Assembly: GCA_963711835.1 (NCBI GenBank) | Contig: CAVQFQ010000010.1 | Location: forward strand, 32,001 to 96,000 | Origin: an uncultured delta proteobacterium | GTDB lineage: Bacteria; Desulfobacterota; RBG-13-43-22 | Direction of reading: 5' to 3' | DNA: 64,000 nt | Shown: positions 12,501-21,694 of the stretch, one piece after another | Numbering within the stretch: position 1 is the stretch's first letter | Layout: every line of letters begins with the position of its first letter | Notes under the pieces: generated by a model | Databases searched by the model: none | What the model was told of the DNA's origin: nothing | The model's input: the letters and a program-made list of their open reading frames with translations, nothing else | Made by a program: the position numbers and the translations under genes

Positions 12501-13910
12501 GAAAGCGAGCTATGAAAGAATTCCTGGATGCGCGAAAGAATGGTCGCCATATTCAGAATGACGCACAGATGTCTTGGACCCTCCAGTACAGACGTGCCTT
12601 CGCCGCTATCGGCGATGATCAGACTGTACGAATAATGAAAGCCTATCTGCCGAACCATGACTTCGGTGTTGATGCGGCCTATGTCCTCAAAGCGGTCTGG
12701 ATAAAATCGCAGCCTGCCAAGAAAGACAGCGGGTTTATTAGATCATGGCCCGACTTTTCAGTAGTGCCAAATGAATACACAAAGCGTCAATCCGGGACCG
12801 GAGTTGAGACGCAGGCATTCGTCAATGACATCCTATCCGTGGTCGATGATCTCATCAAATCGGATGCACAAGATGCTGACTACAGACATGCTCTAAAGCT
12901 TGCATCTGTTGCATTCAGCATGCCCTATGTTGATAAAGCCGATACGATTCGATCATTGCTACAATTGCCACTCCCCGCCATTGAAAAGCAAGGTCTTCTA
13001 AATGTCCTCATGCTTTCCGGAGAGGTGATCTCTTCCGAGATTGTTCTTCAGGGTATTGATGATTTGTTGGAAAAAGCGAAGACGAACCCGTGGATGCTTG
13101 AGGAGCAAGATGGATGGCGTCTTAATGCATGGTTGAGCCTTTTGCCATTCACCGAAGCGCCCGGTTCCATTTTGGCTGTACTCGCCCGCTTGGGAGACCG
13201 TTATTTGGTGCCTTGGAAGCTTCGCGTGTTGCTTTCTGCGTTAGGCCATGCGCCGTCCGTCGAGGCTGAGAACGTCCTTAGCGAATTGGCGAAGAGAGAC
13301 GATCGATTCCTCAATGAGTATGAATGGCTGGCGGCGCTGACCAAACGCAATACCTTGACGGCCGCCAGAATATTACTGGACTTGGTTTGTAATGTATCGT
13401 TTTCTGGCAAACACGGAAGCCACGATAGGATGGATTTCGGCAATAGACTCTCGGCTTTAATCAATTCCCATGAACAGTTTCGTCAAGAAGTATATGAAGC
13501 GTTCCAGCGAGTTACCGACAGTCCTGCTAAGTCAATACTTGAGGACGCCATTGCGAATGCGGCAGATGCAGACGGCGTACTACTTCTTGTTCGCGTTGGC
13601 GCATCACAGGATAAGCAATTCCAAGGTACCGAACTCTATACCGCGCTGCGCCATGTGCTCGTTGGTCAGACGCCAATAGAGTCGTCCGGAATGCAGCGAA
13701 TTATATAGCTTGCCTGCGCCTGAACTCAGGAAAGGTCTTTTTGACATGGTGGTGAACGGTAACGCTGCGGAATCTCGGCTTGCGACTGAGTGCCTGACCG
13801 TCATAGATGAAATTCGAGACGATTATGGACACGTCGAGTCCGAACCACGCCATCCCAATATTGCAATGGGAGTTCCCTGGCCGCAGATTGTCCTTGCGGA
13901 GCCGATATGA
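9511..13910 (+). CDS. HNH nuclease-NACHT/STAND NTPase-helical repeat protein (~1450 aa) broken by multiple frameshifts; putative antiphage effector
   Basis: RCSKPDC...AAHI...NGIWLCGTHAKLVD (Zn-HNH), APPGTGKTT, LILDGWNE, VVSSR, IPLYL, FQHQQFQEWYA; successive ORF pieces join via +1 shifts. Confidence 0.75.
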
Positions 13911-13946
13911 CTAGTGCATTTCGAATTTACGGGAGCAAATCGTGCC

Positions 13947-14007
13947 GCATAACCAAGCGCCTTCAGTCGGACTCGCGACCGCTCGCCGCTGAAGCGCGGC
14001 GTTAGGC
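13947..14007 (+). other. Integron attC site (61 bp)
   Basis: GCATAAC...GCGC(C)TTCAG(T)CGG...CCGCTGAAGCGC...GTTAGGC; R''/R' boxes plus L arms with two extrahelical bases. Confidence 0.85.
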
Positions 14008-14018
14008 CCTTCGCAGAA

Positions 14019-14037
14019 GGGGTAGGTCTGCTCTTGG
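14019..14037 (-). repeat. REP-like motif, inverted degenerate copy
   Basis: GGGGTAGGTCTGCTCTTGG; reverse complement approximates CAAGAGCAGACTTGACCCC. Confidence 0.7.
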
Positions 14038-14144
14038 ATGGAATAGGGACGCTGTAAAAGTTTTTAACTTTCGCAATAAGGATCATGAGATACCCTGGGG
14101 CGTTGAACGCCAGCAACTTTAAAACCTAAAAGCGTCCCGGTTTA

Positions 14145-14266
14145 CTTGCAGACGCCATCCTGGCGGCCACCGCCGAGGCTTGGAATGCGGAACTGAATAC
14201 CCTCAACATCAAACACTATCCCATGTTGAAGGGCCTCCGGCAGGCCTTCAGGAAATAGAAGCCCAA
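14145..14266 (+). pseudogene. Second copy of vapC 3' end
   Basis: About 91% identical to 9203-9325 by manual count; LADAILAATAEAWNAELNTLNIKHYPM. Confidence 0.85.
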
Positions 14267-14403
14267 AGGGCGTTGCCCCTGTTGGTGCCCTGTCCTGACT
14301 CGTTCCTCCGCAGCGACCTCCATCAGGCCATACGGCACCGAACTCTCTTGTGCCGAGGACCGAAATTTAAGGCAGTGACGAAAAAAATCATCCTTCGACC
14401 GGC

Positions 14404-14429
14404 TAAGAGCCAAGAGCAGACTTGACCCC
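14404..14429 (+). repeat. REP-like 26-bp motif, copy 2
   Basis: TAAGAGCCAAGAGCAGACTTGACCCC. Confidence 0.8.
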
Positions 14430-14764
14430 CAGTAGTTTGGACACCGATGTCACTTGCTTGCATGGCCTCCGGCCCCGCAAGCTGCGTGCCACGGGTCAAC
14501 GCCGCATTCAACAAGTCCGGAGGAAATTCTACTGATCAGTATAGGGTAAAGATAGGAAGAGGGTTGAACTGGGGATAGGGTCAGGCCCTTAGGGGAAGAC
14601 CCAAGGACCGGGAAAAGAGTTGGAAATGTACTTTAAATCGGACTACACCACCTGATTTATTGTTAATCATGCGCCTTCGACGCCGCAAGCTTCGTTCCAC
14701 GGATCAGCGCCGCGAATAGTTTTGTTTTGTCCTATGTTTGGTCGTTCACCTTGAGGAGGAAGAG

Positions 14765-15379
14765 ATGCATCTACTCGATCAAAGGATACTCGGAATCGCC
14801 ATTCTATTCCTGTTGGGCATGCTGGTTATCGTCAAGCGAGTTGCTACGGGTTCCATTTTGGATAAACCAAAAGGCAACCTTATGGTTCAGCTCGTCAATA
14901 TCTTCAACCTCTTTTTTTTGTTAGTCGTGAATCCCCTGGCCGCAATATTGCTGATCACTCGCCGTCTGCCGACGATCGATCCTACCCACATGACCATTAA
15001 TGAACCGTGGATTTTGATGGTTTTGGAGATCGTAGGGTTGGTGTTGTATGTGACAGGGTATCTCCTCATGGCATGGGCGTTGATCACGCTGGGGCGCAAT
15101 TACCAGCTAGGGGGAAGCGCTCCTCGATCTGAAGATAAGATGGTTATAGATGGACCTTACAGACTGGTCAGGCATCCCATGTACACAGCGGCGTTGAGTA
15201 TTTCTTTGGGGCTGGCCTGCCTGATCCAATCATGGGCTTTCTTTTGTGTGTTTTGCATCTATCTTGGGTTGATTTTCCTGCTGATTCCCATGGAGGAAGA
15301 TGGGTTGCGGAAAGCATATGGCGAGCAGTATGGCGCTTACCAGCAAAAAACGAGAAAACTCATTCCCTTCGTTTACTAA
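14765..15379 (+). CDS. Isoprenylcysteine carboxyl methyltransferase family membrane protein
   Basis: Hydrophobic; LGRNY, GPYRLVRHPMY, EEDGL...YG..Y..Y...TRKLIP; RBS GAGGAGG. Confidence 0.85.
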   Translation: MHLLDQRILGIAILFLLGMLVIVKRVATGSILDKPKGNLMVQLVNIFNLFFLLVVNPLAAILLITRRLPTIDPTHMTINEPWILMVLEIVGLVLYVTGYLLMAWALITLGRNYQLGGSAPRSEDKMVIDGPYRLVRHPMYTAALSISLGLACLIQSWAFFCVFCIYLGLIFLLIPMEEDGLRKAYGEQYGAYQQKTRKLIPFVY

Positions 15380-15443
15380 TTCATGCAGTCAATAGGGGGG
15401 GTCCGACCCCAATTCAAAGCAATTCAGCAAAGCCCAAAAGGTA

Positions 15444-15472
15444 TTGACATTATGTAGCCTACTGGCTACAAT
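15444..15472 (+). promoter_or_regulatory. TA promoter with palindromic operator
   Basis: TTGACA-N17-TACAAT; TGTAGCC-TACT-GGCTACA palindrome. Confidence 0.8.
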
Positions 15473-15479
15473 CAACTTT

Positions 15480-15770
15480 ATGATCGAGATTCGTAAGACT
15501 GACGTTTACGCCAAGTGGCTTGATGGTTTGCTTGACGTTCGTGCGCGGGCTCGTATTCTTGCACGGGTCGAGCGTTTAGCATCCGGGAATCCTGGAGATG
15601 TAAGGCCGGTGAGTGAAGGCGTTTCAGAGTTGCGGATCGATTACGGACCCGGCTATCGGGTGTATTACAAAAAGTACGGACGGGAGGTGGTGATTTTGCT
15701 GGCCGGCGGTGACAAGCATACCCAGGCCAGCGACATTAAAACCGCCTTGCGCCTCGCACGCAACCTCTAG
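15480..15770 (+). CDS. RelE/HigB-type addiction module killer toxin (HI1419-like)
   Basis: GNPGDVRPVSEGVSELRIDYGPGYRVYY, LLAGGDK. Confidence 0.9.
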   Translation: MIEIRKTDVYAKWLDGLLDVRARARILARVERLASGNPGDVRPVSEGVSELRIDYGPGYRVYYKKYGREVVILLAGGDKHTQASDIKTALRLARNL

Positions 15771-15779
15771 GAGGGTATC

Positions 15780-16130
15780 ATGACAAAAACCATCACTACT
15801 CGCTATGATGTCGCCGAGCACCTTCGCACCCCTGAGGAAATGGCTGCTTATCTTGAAGCTTGCCTCGAGGAGGCAAATGGGGATGCTGCTTTCATTGCCA
15901 AGGCTCTGGGCGATATTGCCCGCGCCAAGGGCATGTCTCAGGTAGCGCGTGATGCCGGTCTGTCTCGCGAAAGTCTCTACAAGGCACTATCTGGAGAACG
16001 AAGCCCAGGCTTCGACACAATCCTCAAGGTTATAAAAGCACTGGGCTTGAAATTGCATGCTGAAGCAGTTCTTCTGGCTGGCTCAACGGCCCAAACCGCT
16101 CCAGCCGACGCTCGTACCTCGCGCGGCTGA
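15780..16130 (+). CDS. HTH addiction module antidote (HI1420-like)
   Basis: YDVAEHL, ALGDIARAKGMSQVARDAGLSRESLYKALS. Confidence 0.9.
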   Translation: MTKTITTRYDVAEHLRTPEEMAAYLEACLEEANGDAAFIAKALGDIARAKGMSQVARDAGLSRESLYKALSGERSPGFDTILKVIKALGLKLHAEAVLLAGSTAQTAPADARTSRG

Positions 16131-16145
16131 GCTTCGTTGTTAGAC
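16089..16145 (+). other. Integron attC site with degenerate R''
   Basis: GCTC(C)AGCCG(A)CGC...GCGCGGCTGAGC followed by GTTAGAC; overlaps antitoxin 3' end. Confidence 0.7.
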
Positions 16146-16252
16146 GTTGGCAAATTTATGGAGTAGCGATGATTATCAAGGCTGTTGGGTAAAAAGGTGG
16201 CTGCCACAGTTTCAAGGCAAACCCGTTGGGAGAAGTGAATCCAGGACCAACC

Positions 16253-18611
16253 TTAACTCAGGGCACAGGTACGCCGGATGATCTCGTCCTTCATGGCCGG
16301 CAGCAGGTCGTTGAAGTAGGCGGAGTAGCCGGAGACCCTCACCAGAAGATAGGGATAGGCCTGGGGATTGTCCCGGGCGGCCAGCAAAACCGAGGGATCG
16401 ATGACATTGAGCTGCACCTGCATCCCCCCTCTCCGGAAATAGGTCTTAAATAAACTTTGAAGGGCCAGCCGGCCCGTCTCCCCTTTTATGGTCTCCAGCC
16501 CGATCTTGACATTCAGGTTGACCCCGTTCGCGCAGCAACCGGCATCCAGGCGGTTGACGGAATTCAGCATGGCGGTCGGGCCCTTTCGGTCCTGCCCGTT
16601 GGAGGGCGAAATCCCGGAGGCGAAAGGCTGGCCTTTCTTGCGGCCGCTGGGAAGGGCCCCGGTCACCTTTCCGAAATACTGATGGGCCGTTACCGAATAG
16701 AGTCCCGTGGTGTAGGTCCCGCCGCGGGTGTTCTTTTTCCCATCCAAGAGCCCGCTGAAGGTTTCCACCACGTATCGGGTGTAGTGATCCACCTCCTCCT
16801 GATCGTTCCCAAACTTGTCAAGATGGGTAAGATAGGCGGCCCAGGCCGGGTCGGGCAGGTTTTTTTTCAACTGGGCCACGAGTTCCTGGAGGGTGAACTT
16901 CTTGTCCCTGAATACGGCCCGGTCAATGGCGTAGAGGGAGTCGCCCGTATCCGCCGGACCCACGCATTGGATGCCGGAGAAATTATAGGCCGCCCCTCCG
17001 GCTGTCGAGCAGAGGCCCTTTTGCAGGCACCCGTCCAGCAGCAGGCTGGTAAAGGGAGTAGGATGAAGGGCGGTGTTGGCTTTCTCGATGGCCTGAAGGT
17101 CCGTTAGGAGTCGTCCAATTCCGAAGGCCAGTTGGGTTTCGAAGGCCTGTTTCACATCCTCCATGGACTTCATCCTGACCAACAGGCAGGGTCTTTTCCC
17201 CTGTCCGAAGGCGGCTGCCGAAGCGCCGGCCCTCATTCAGGGCCAGCTCCAGCATGATAGGCACATTGAACAGGGCCGCATCCGTGGAGGAAAGGCTCTT
17301 GCCCTGGGACACCGGCTCCACACAACCCACGGCCGTATAGTTGCGGGCATCCTCCAGGGTGTAGCCGTGCTTGACCATGGTCTCAACAATGACGTCATCA
17401 TTGTACAGGGCCGGTGAATTGCATCCGCCGGACAGAACCGCAAAGACCTTGTCCAGGTAGGCCTTCGGGGCATCCCGGTGCACCCGGGCATGGTAGTTGG
17501 GCTGGCGCAGGCGAAGCTCGTCCATCACTTCCAAAAAAATGGCGGAAAGCTCGTTGCTGGAATCCTTGCCCTCCCGGTCCGTGCCGCCCACGGTCACCAC
17601 CTGGCCATTGAACATCCCGCCGTGAAAGCGGGTAATGGCCCTGGAAAAGACGGGAACGATCTCGGACATCTTGATCGAAAAGCTGGCAATAAGTTCCTTG
17701 GCCCTTTCCCGGGTCAGGATCCCTTTACGCAGGTCCTCTTCATAAAAAGGATAGAGGTAGGTATCCATCCTGCCTGGGGAATTGCCGTTGTCCAGGCTTT
17801 CGAGATTGATGGCGATCTGGGCGAAGAAAAGGCTCTGAAGGGCTTCATGAAAGGTGCCGGCAGGAAAGCGCGGCGCCCGTCGGCAGACCTCGGCAATTTC
17901 CGTTAGTTCCTGCCGGCGATCCGGATCTTTTTCCTCTTGGGCCATGGCCAGGGCCTGGTCGGCATAACGCTGCCCGAACTCGGCCAACCCCTGGGCGATG
18001 ATCTTGACCGCCTCGTAAAAATTCCAGGAATCAGACCCTTTCGAAACCCCCGACTGGTGCCCGTTAACCTCGGAGACGATTCCCTCAGTCCCCTGCAGTA
18101 TCCATTTTTCATAATCGGGCGCGATGTGGGCGATGCCCCCGCTCTCGTTGATTAAATAATAGCGGGCCTGAAGCTGGTCGGCAAGGAACCGGAGGGTCCG
18201 GACCTTGGAGTGATGGGCCTTGATCCCCAGGAATCGAAAGAGCCAGAAGGGGATGATCCGGAGGAGCTTGCTGATTTCTTCTTTGGAAATTTCGAGGGGG
18301 CTGGTTTTGCGGCTGGAGAAACGCAGCAGATCCTGCATCACCACCAGACCGTGAAGCTCCGGATAAATGGACCCGCCCACCCGTTTTGAGGAAAAATTGC
18401 CCACGATGAGTTCGTCCGGGTATATCCGGACGGTCTTTTGGAGCAGCACCTGCCGAAGGGCCTCGGCCATCCGGATCGCTGTGGGTTTCTTTCTGTTCTC
18501 CCGGTTGCGGCAATACCGGGTCCAGATCAGGGCCCGTTCGGTGCAGACACCGGGGCGGGCGCTTTGAACCGCTCTCTTCAGGGCTTCGATCCTTTCCTGG
18601 GGCTGGGGCAT
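16253..18611 (-). CDS. Glycyl radical enzyme (PFL-like family), 1-bp insertion near 17174
   Basis: GRMDTYLYP, AVGCVEP thiyl loop, C-terminal LLVRVSGYSAYF glycyl motif; two ORFs join at PVGQ/MKSMED. Confidence 0.88.
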
Positions 18612-18668
18612 AGGCACCTCTTTCATGATTACACTTCCGTCAATGGGGTTTTCGCGAAGACGTCACTC

Positions 18669-19580
18669 TTATATGGTAACAAGAATCCCTTCGCTTTCAA
18701 AGACCTTTTTAGCCCGAAGCAAGGCTTCCCCGGCATCCTCTTTGAGGTCGAGCGGCCTGAGTTCGGTTTTAATCCTGGACAGTTTGGCCTCGCCCATGGC
18801 GTGGTAGCGGAGAAGCTGGATCCTGGCCTTTTTGTTTTTCTTCAAGAAGCAAGCAGTCGCCTGAATATTCCGGTCCTCGTCATTGATGGATGGGATAACC
18901 GGCATCCTGGCTTCTAAATTGGGAAAGACCGCCGCGAGTTTGCCGAAATTCTCCAGGATCAATTCATTGCTGCTTCCCGTATAGTCCCGGTGTTTTTCGG
19001 GGTCCAGGCACTTTAGATCGAAATAGATGAGATCCAGATAGGGCAGCAGGGACTCCATGGTTTCCCAGGGGCATAGGCCGCAGGTTTCCATCGTGACCTG
19101 GATGCCCTCGCCGCGCACCAGGGGCAGAAAAGAGCCCAGGAAGCCGCTCTGCAGAAAGGGTTCCCCGCCTGATAAGGTGATACCGCCTCCAGAATCTTCG
19201 AAAAAGTCCCGGTCCTTCAAGACCTCGGCCAGAAGAGAAGGGACCTCCCATTCGACCCCCATCATCCGCAGGGCCTCATTGACGCAGGCGGAGACGCACT
19301 TCCCGCAGGCAGTACAGGCGGTCGGATTAATTCGTCGGTCCTCTCCTTCCAGGACGGCTTCTTCCGGGCAGGCCCCTTTGCAGGCAAAACAACGGAGGCA
19401 CCGTTCCCGGTAAAAGGCGATCTCCCGACCGGGGTGGTGGGATTCCGGGTTCTGGCACCAGAGGCAGCGCAGGGGACAGCCTTTGAAAAAGAGGGTGGTG
19501 CGGATCCCCGGCCCATCATGGATGGAGAACCGCTGAATATCAAACAGGAGGGCAGTAGTTGGAGAGGCGGTCATCTTCAC
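18669..19580 (-). CDS. Glycyl-radical activating enzyme (radical SAM with ferredoxin insert)
   Basis: HDGPGIRT, CPLRCLWC, two CxxCxxCxxxC motifs, SGGEP. Confidence 0.93.
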   Translation of the reverse strand: MKMTASPTTALLFDIQRFSIHDGPGIRTTLFFKGCPLRCLWCQNPESHHPGREIAFYRERCLRCFACKGACPEEAVLEGEDRRINPTACTACGKCVSACVNEALRMMGVEWEVPSLLAEVLKDRDFFEDSGGGITLSGGEPFLQSGFLGSFLPLVRGEGIQVTMETCGLCPWETMESLLPYLDLIYFDLKCLDPEKHRDYTGSSNELILENFGKLAAVFPNLEARMPVIPSINDEDRNIQATACFLKKNKKARIQLLRYHAMGEAKLSRIKTELRPLDLKEDAGEALLRAKKVFESEGILVTI

Positions 19581-19757
19581 CTGTTAAAGAATAGCATCCT
19601 CTTTTATGGGAAAGGGGACTATTTTCGACAATACTAAAATTTTTAAGGGAATAAATCAATCCTCTTAAATCGGATGGGCTCTTAAAAATAGGCCCGCTCA
19701 GAGTAATGAAAAAATTTATTTTTCGATTTGGATTTTTGGAGTATGATACGCTGCAAG

Positions 19758-20200
19758 TCATGAAAATAAGGAGTGTACCGATGGGAAGAATCACCCTACC
19801 AGTTGCCATTCTGTCAATGCTTGTTATGGGAAGTATTTTGTTTTTGCCTTTTGATCCGGCTTCGGCCCAGGTCTCAAGCCCTAAAAAATTTGAGGAATAC
19901 CGGGCCGCCATCCAGAAAGAATTCGGCCTCGACGCAAAAAATTTCAAAAACTCCCTCAAGGGCGGCCGGGCCGACGGCAAAGACCTCACCAAGTATGATC
20001 TACAGCAGCTCCTGCTGGGCATCAAAATTGAGTTGGAGCATACCAGCGACAAGATGATCGCCCTGGAAATTGCCACCGATCATCTGGAAGACATCCCCGA
20101 CTATTACACCCGCCTCTTGAACATGAGGAAAGAAGCTAAAGAGGAACTGGAAAGGGGGGGAAAAAGGGTCCCACTCAAAAACGGGCTTACCCCTGATTGA
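19758..20200 (+). CDS. DUF5661-like protein with signal peptide
   Basis: GIKIELEHT...IATDHLEDIPDYYTRL; hydrophobic N-terminus ending ASA; start uncertain. Confidence 0.65.
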
Positions 20201-20208
20201 AATCAGCC

Positions 20209-20739
20209 ATGGCTATAAAACCCATTGCCTTTGAACAAATCAAAGATCTTCTTCTGAGGAACTGGATGACCCACGACGCCCTCTGGTATGGAGAGGTGGC
20301 TAAAAATTTCGGTATGGGTGCGGCCAGTCCCATGAATCTCCGGGTCTGCCGTCAATTAGGGCGGATTGAATTCACCCGGTTCCTAAAGGCCGTTGGGGCA
20401 TCAGCTCCCCGGGATTTTGCCGAGTACCGCCAATTGTTCGAAGCCGGGGGAGCGATATTCGTTCCTGAATTTATAACCTTTGAATTCGAATACCGGGAAC
20501 CGAATACTCAGATTTTTCGGGTGGGAGATTGCTTTGCCCATAAAGGCATGGAAAAATCCGGGGTTCTTCCCGAATACGAGTGCGGCATCTTTGTGAGAAT
20601 CGAGGGCTGGTTTGACGCCATGGGTCTGAAATATTCCCGCGATCAGGACCTGTCCCGTTGTTTAAAATATAAAGGGCTGGAGTGCGTTATTGCTTATCAA
20701 TTTGATAATCTCGCAAACCTGGAGGAAAAAAACAAATGA
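20209..20739 (+). CDS. DUF6125-like protein
   Basis: RNWMTHDALWY, conserved Cys (DCFAH, ECGI, RC, EC). Confidence 0.65.
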   Translation: MAIKPIAFEQIKDLLLRNWMTHDALWYGEVAKNFGMGAASPMNLRVCRQLGRIEFTRFLKAVGASAPRDFAEYRQLFEAGGAIFVPEFITFEFEYREPNTQIFRVGDCFAHKGMEKSGVLPEYECGIFVRIEGWFDAMGLKYSRDQDLSRCLKYKGLECVIAYQFDNLANLEEKNK

Positions 20740-21437
20740 ATGCGACACCAAGCTTTTCGGGGTTTCCCAAACAAACCCTCACCTTTTTCAGGAACCTGGC
20801 TAAAAACAATGACAAACTCTGGTTTGATTCGCATCGGGAAGAATATGAAAAATTTGTTGCGGCCCCGTCCCGGGATTTTGTCCTGGCTCTCGGTGACAAG
20901 CTGAAAAGGATTTCACCTGCTGTTCACGCCGACCCCCGCACCAATCACTCTATTTTCCGGATCAATCGCGATACCCGCTTCAGCCATGACAAGACCCCCT
21001 ACAAAACCCACTTGGGCATCTGGTTCTGGGAAGGAGCCCGGCCCAGGATGGAATGTTCAGGCTTTTATTTCCATCTGGAACCGGGCCGGTTGATGCTTGG
21101 GGTGGGATTGTATATGTTTCCCAAAGAGTTGCTGGACCTTTTTAGGCAGTCCGTGGTCCACCCCAAGCACGGACCCCTTCTAACCAAAGCGGTTGCTGGT
21201 ATCAGGAAAAAGAAGGGCTATTTTTTAGGAAATCAATCCTATAAAAAGACCCCCCCGGGATACGACCCCCATCATCCCAATGCCGAATTTCTTCTTTATA
21301 ACGGTCTCCATGCCGGGGTGGAATTGCCCCTCTCGCCGGAAGTATACACGCCGGGATTGGTGGATGTTTGTTTTAATCATTATAAGACCCTGCTTCCCTT
21401 GCATACTTGGTTATTGGCTCTTACGAAACGGACTTAA
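20736..21437 (+). CDS. DUF2461 (TIGR02453) family protein
   Basis: LAKNNDKLWF, IFRINRDTRFSHDKTPYK, GFYFHLEP. Confidence 0.85.
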   Translation: MNATPSFSGFPKQTLTFFRNLAKNNDKLWFDSHREEYEKFVAAPSRDFVLALGDKLKRISPAVHADPRTNHSIFRINRDTRFSHDKTPYKTHLGIWFWEGARPRMECSGFYFHLEPGRLMLGVGLYMFPKELLDLFRQSVVHPKHGPLLTKAVAGIRKKKGYFLGNQSYKKTPPGYDPHHPNAEFLLYNGLHAGVELPLSPEVYTPGLVDVCFNHYKTLLPLHTWLLALTKRT

Positions 21438-21694
21438 GAAAATATGACTGTCCGGCTACGGCTATCGTAGAAAAAGAGTTAGTATCGTTCAAGAGTTATG
21501 GTACTGCCGCATTATTGCCTGATTAGGGGACCGGGGGTCTCGATTTCAAGGCTTGTCCAAAGGGTAATCCTTCCCGCCAATCCGGCCCAGATCTCTAAGG
21601 TTGGTTTAGAGCCGGGCATTCACCCAGCCGGACAAACAGCCTTGGTGTAGGCCTACTTAAGGCAGTATCGTCAACCTTCCAGTCCCGCTAAAAG

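Noticed and set aside
9398-14429. 26-bp repeats as a CRISPR array or prophage attL/attR
   Set aside because: Only two direct copies 5 kb apart, with no spacer periodicity and no cas, integrase or phage genes.
14665-14720. Third attC candidate before the methyltransferase
   Set aside because: No R''/R' pair or convincing L-arm complementarity.
16253-18611. Call as pyruvate formate-lyase or an aryl/alkylsuccinate synthase
   Set aside because: No adjacent Cys-Cys pair as in PFL, and no small-subunit genes as in fumarate-adding enzymes.
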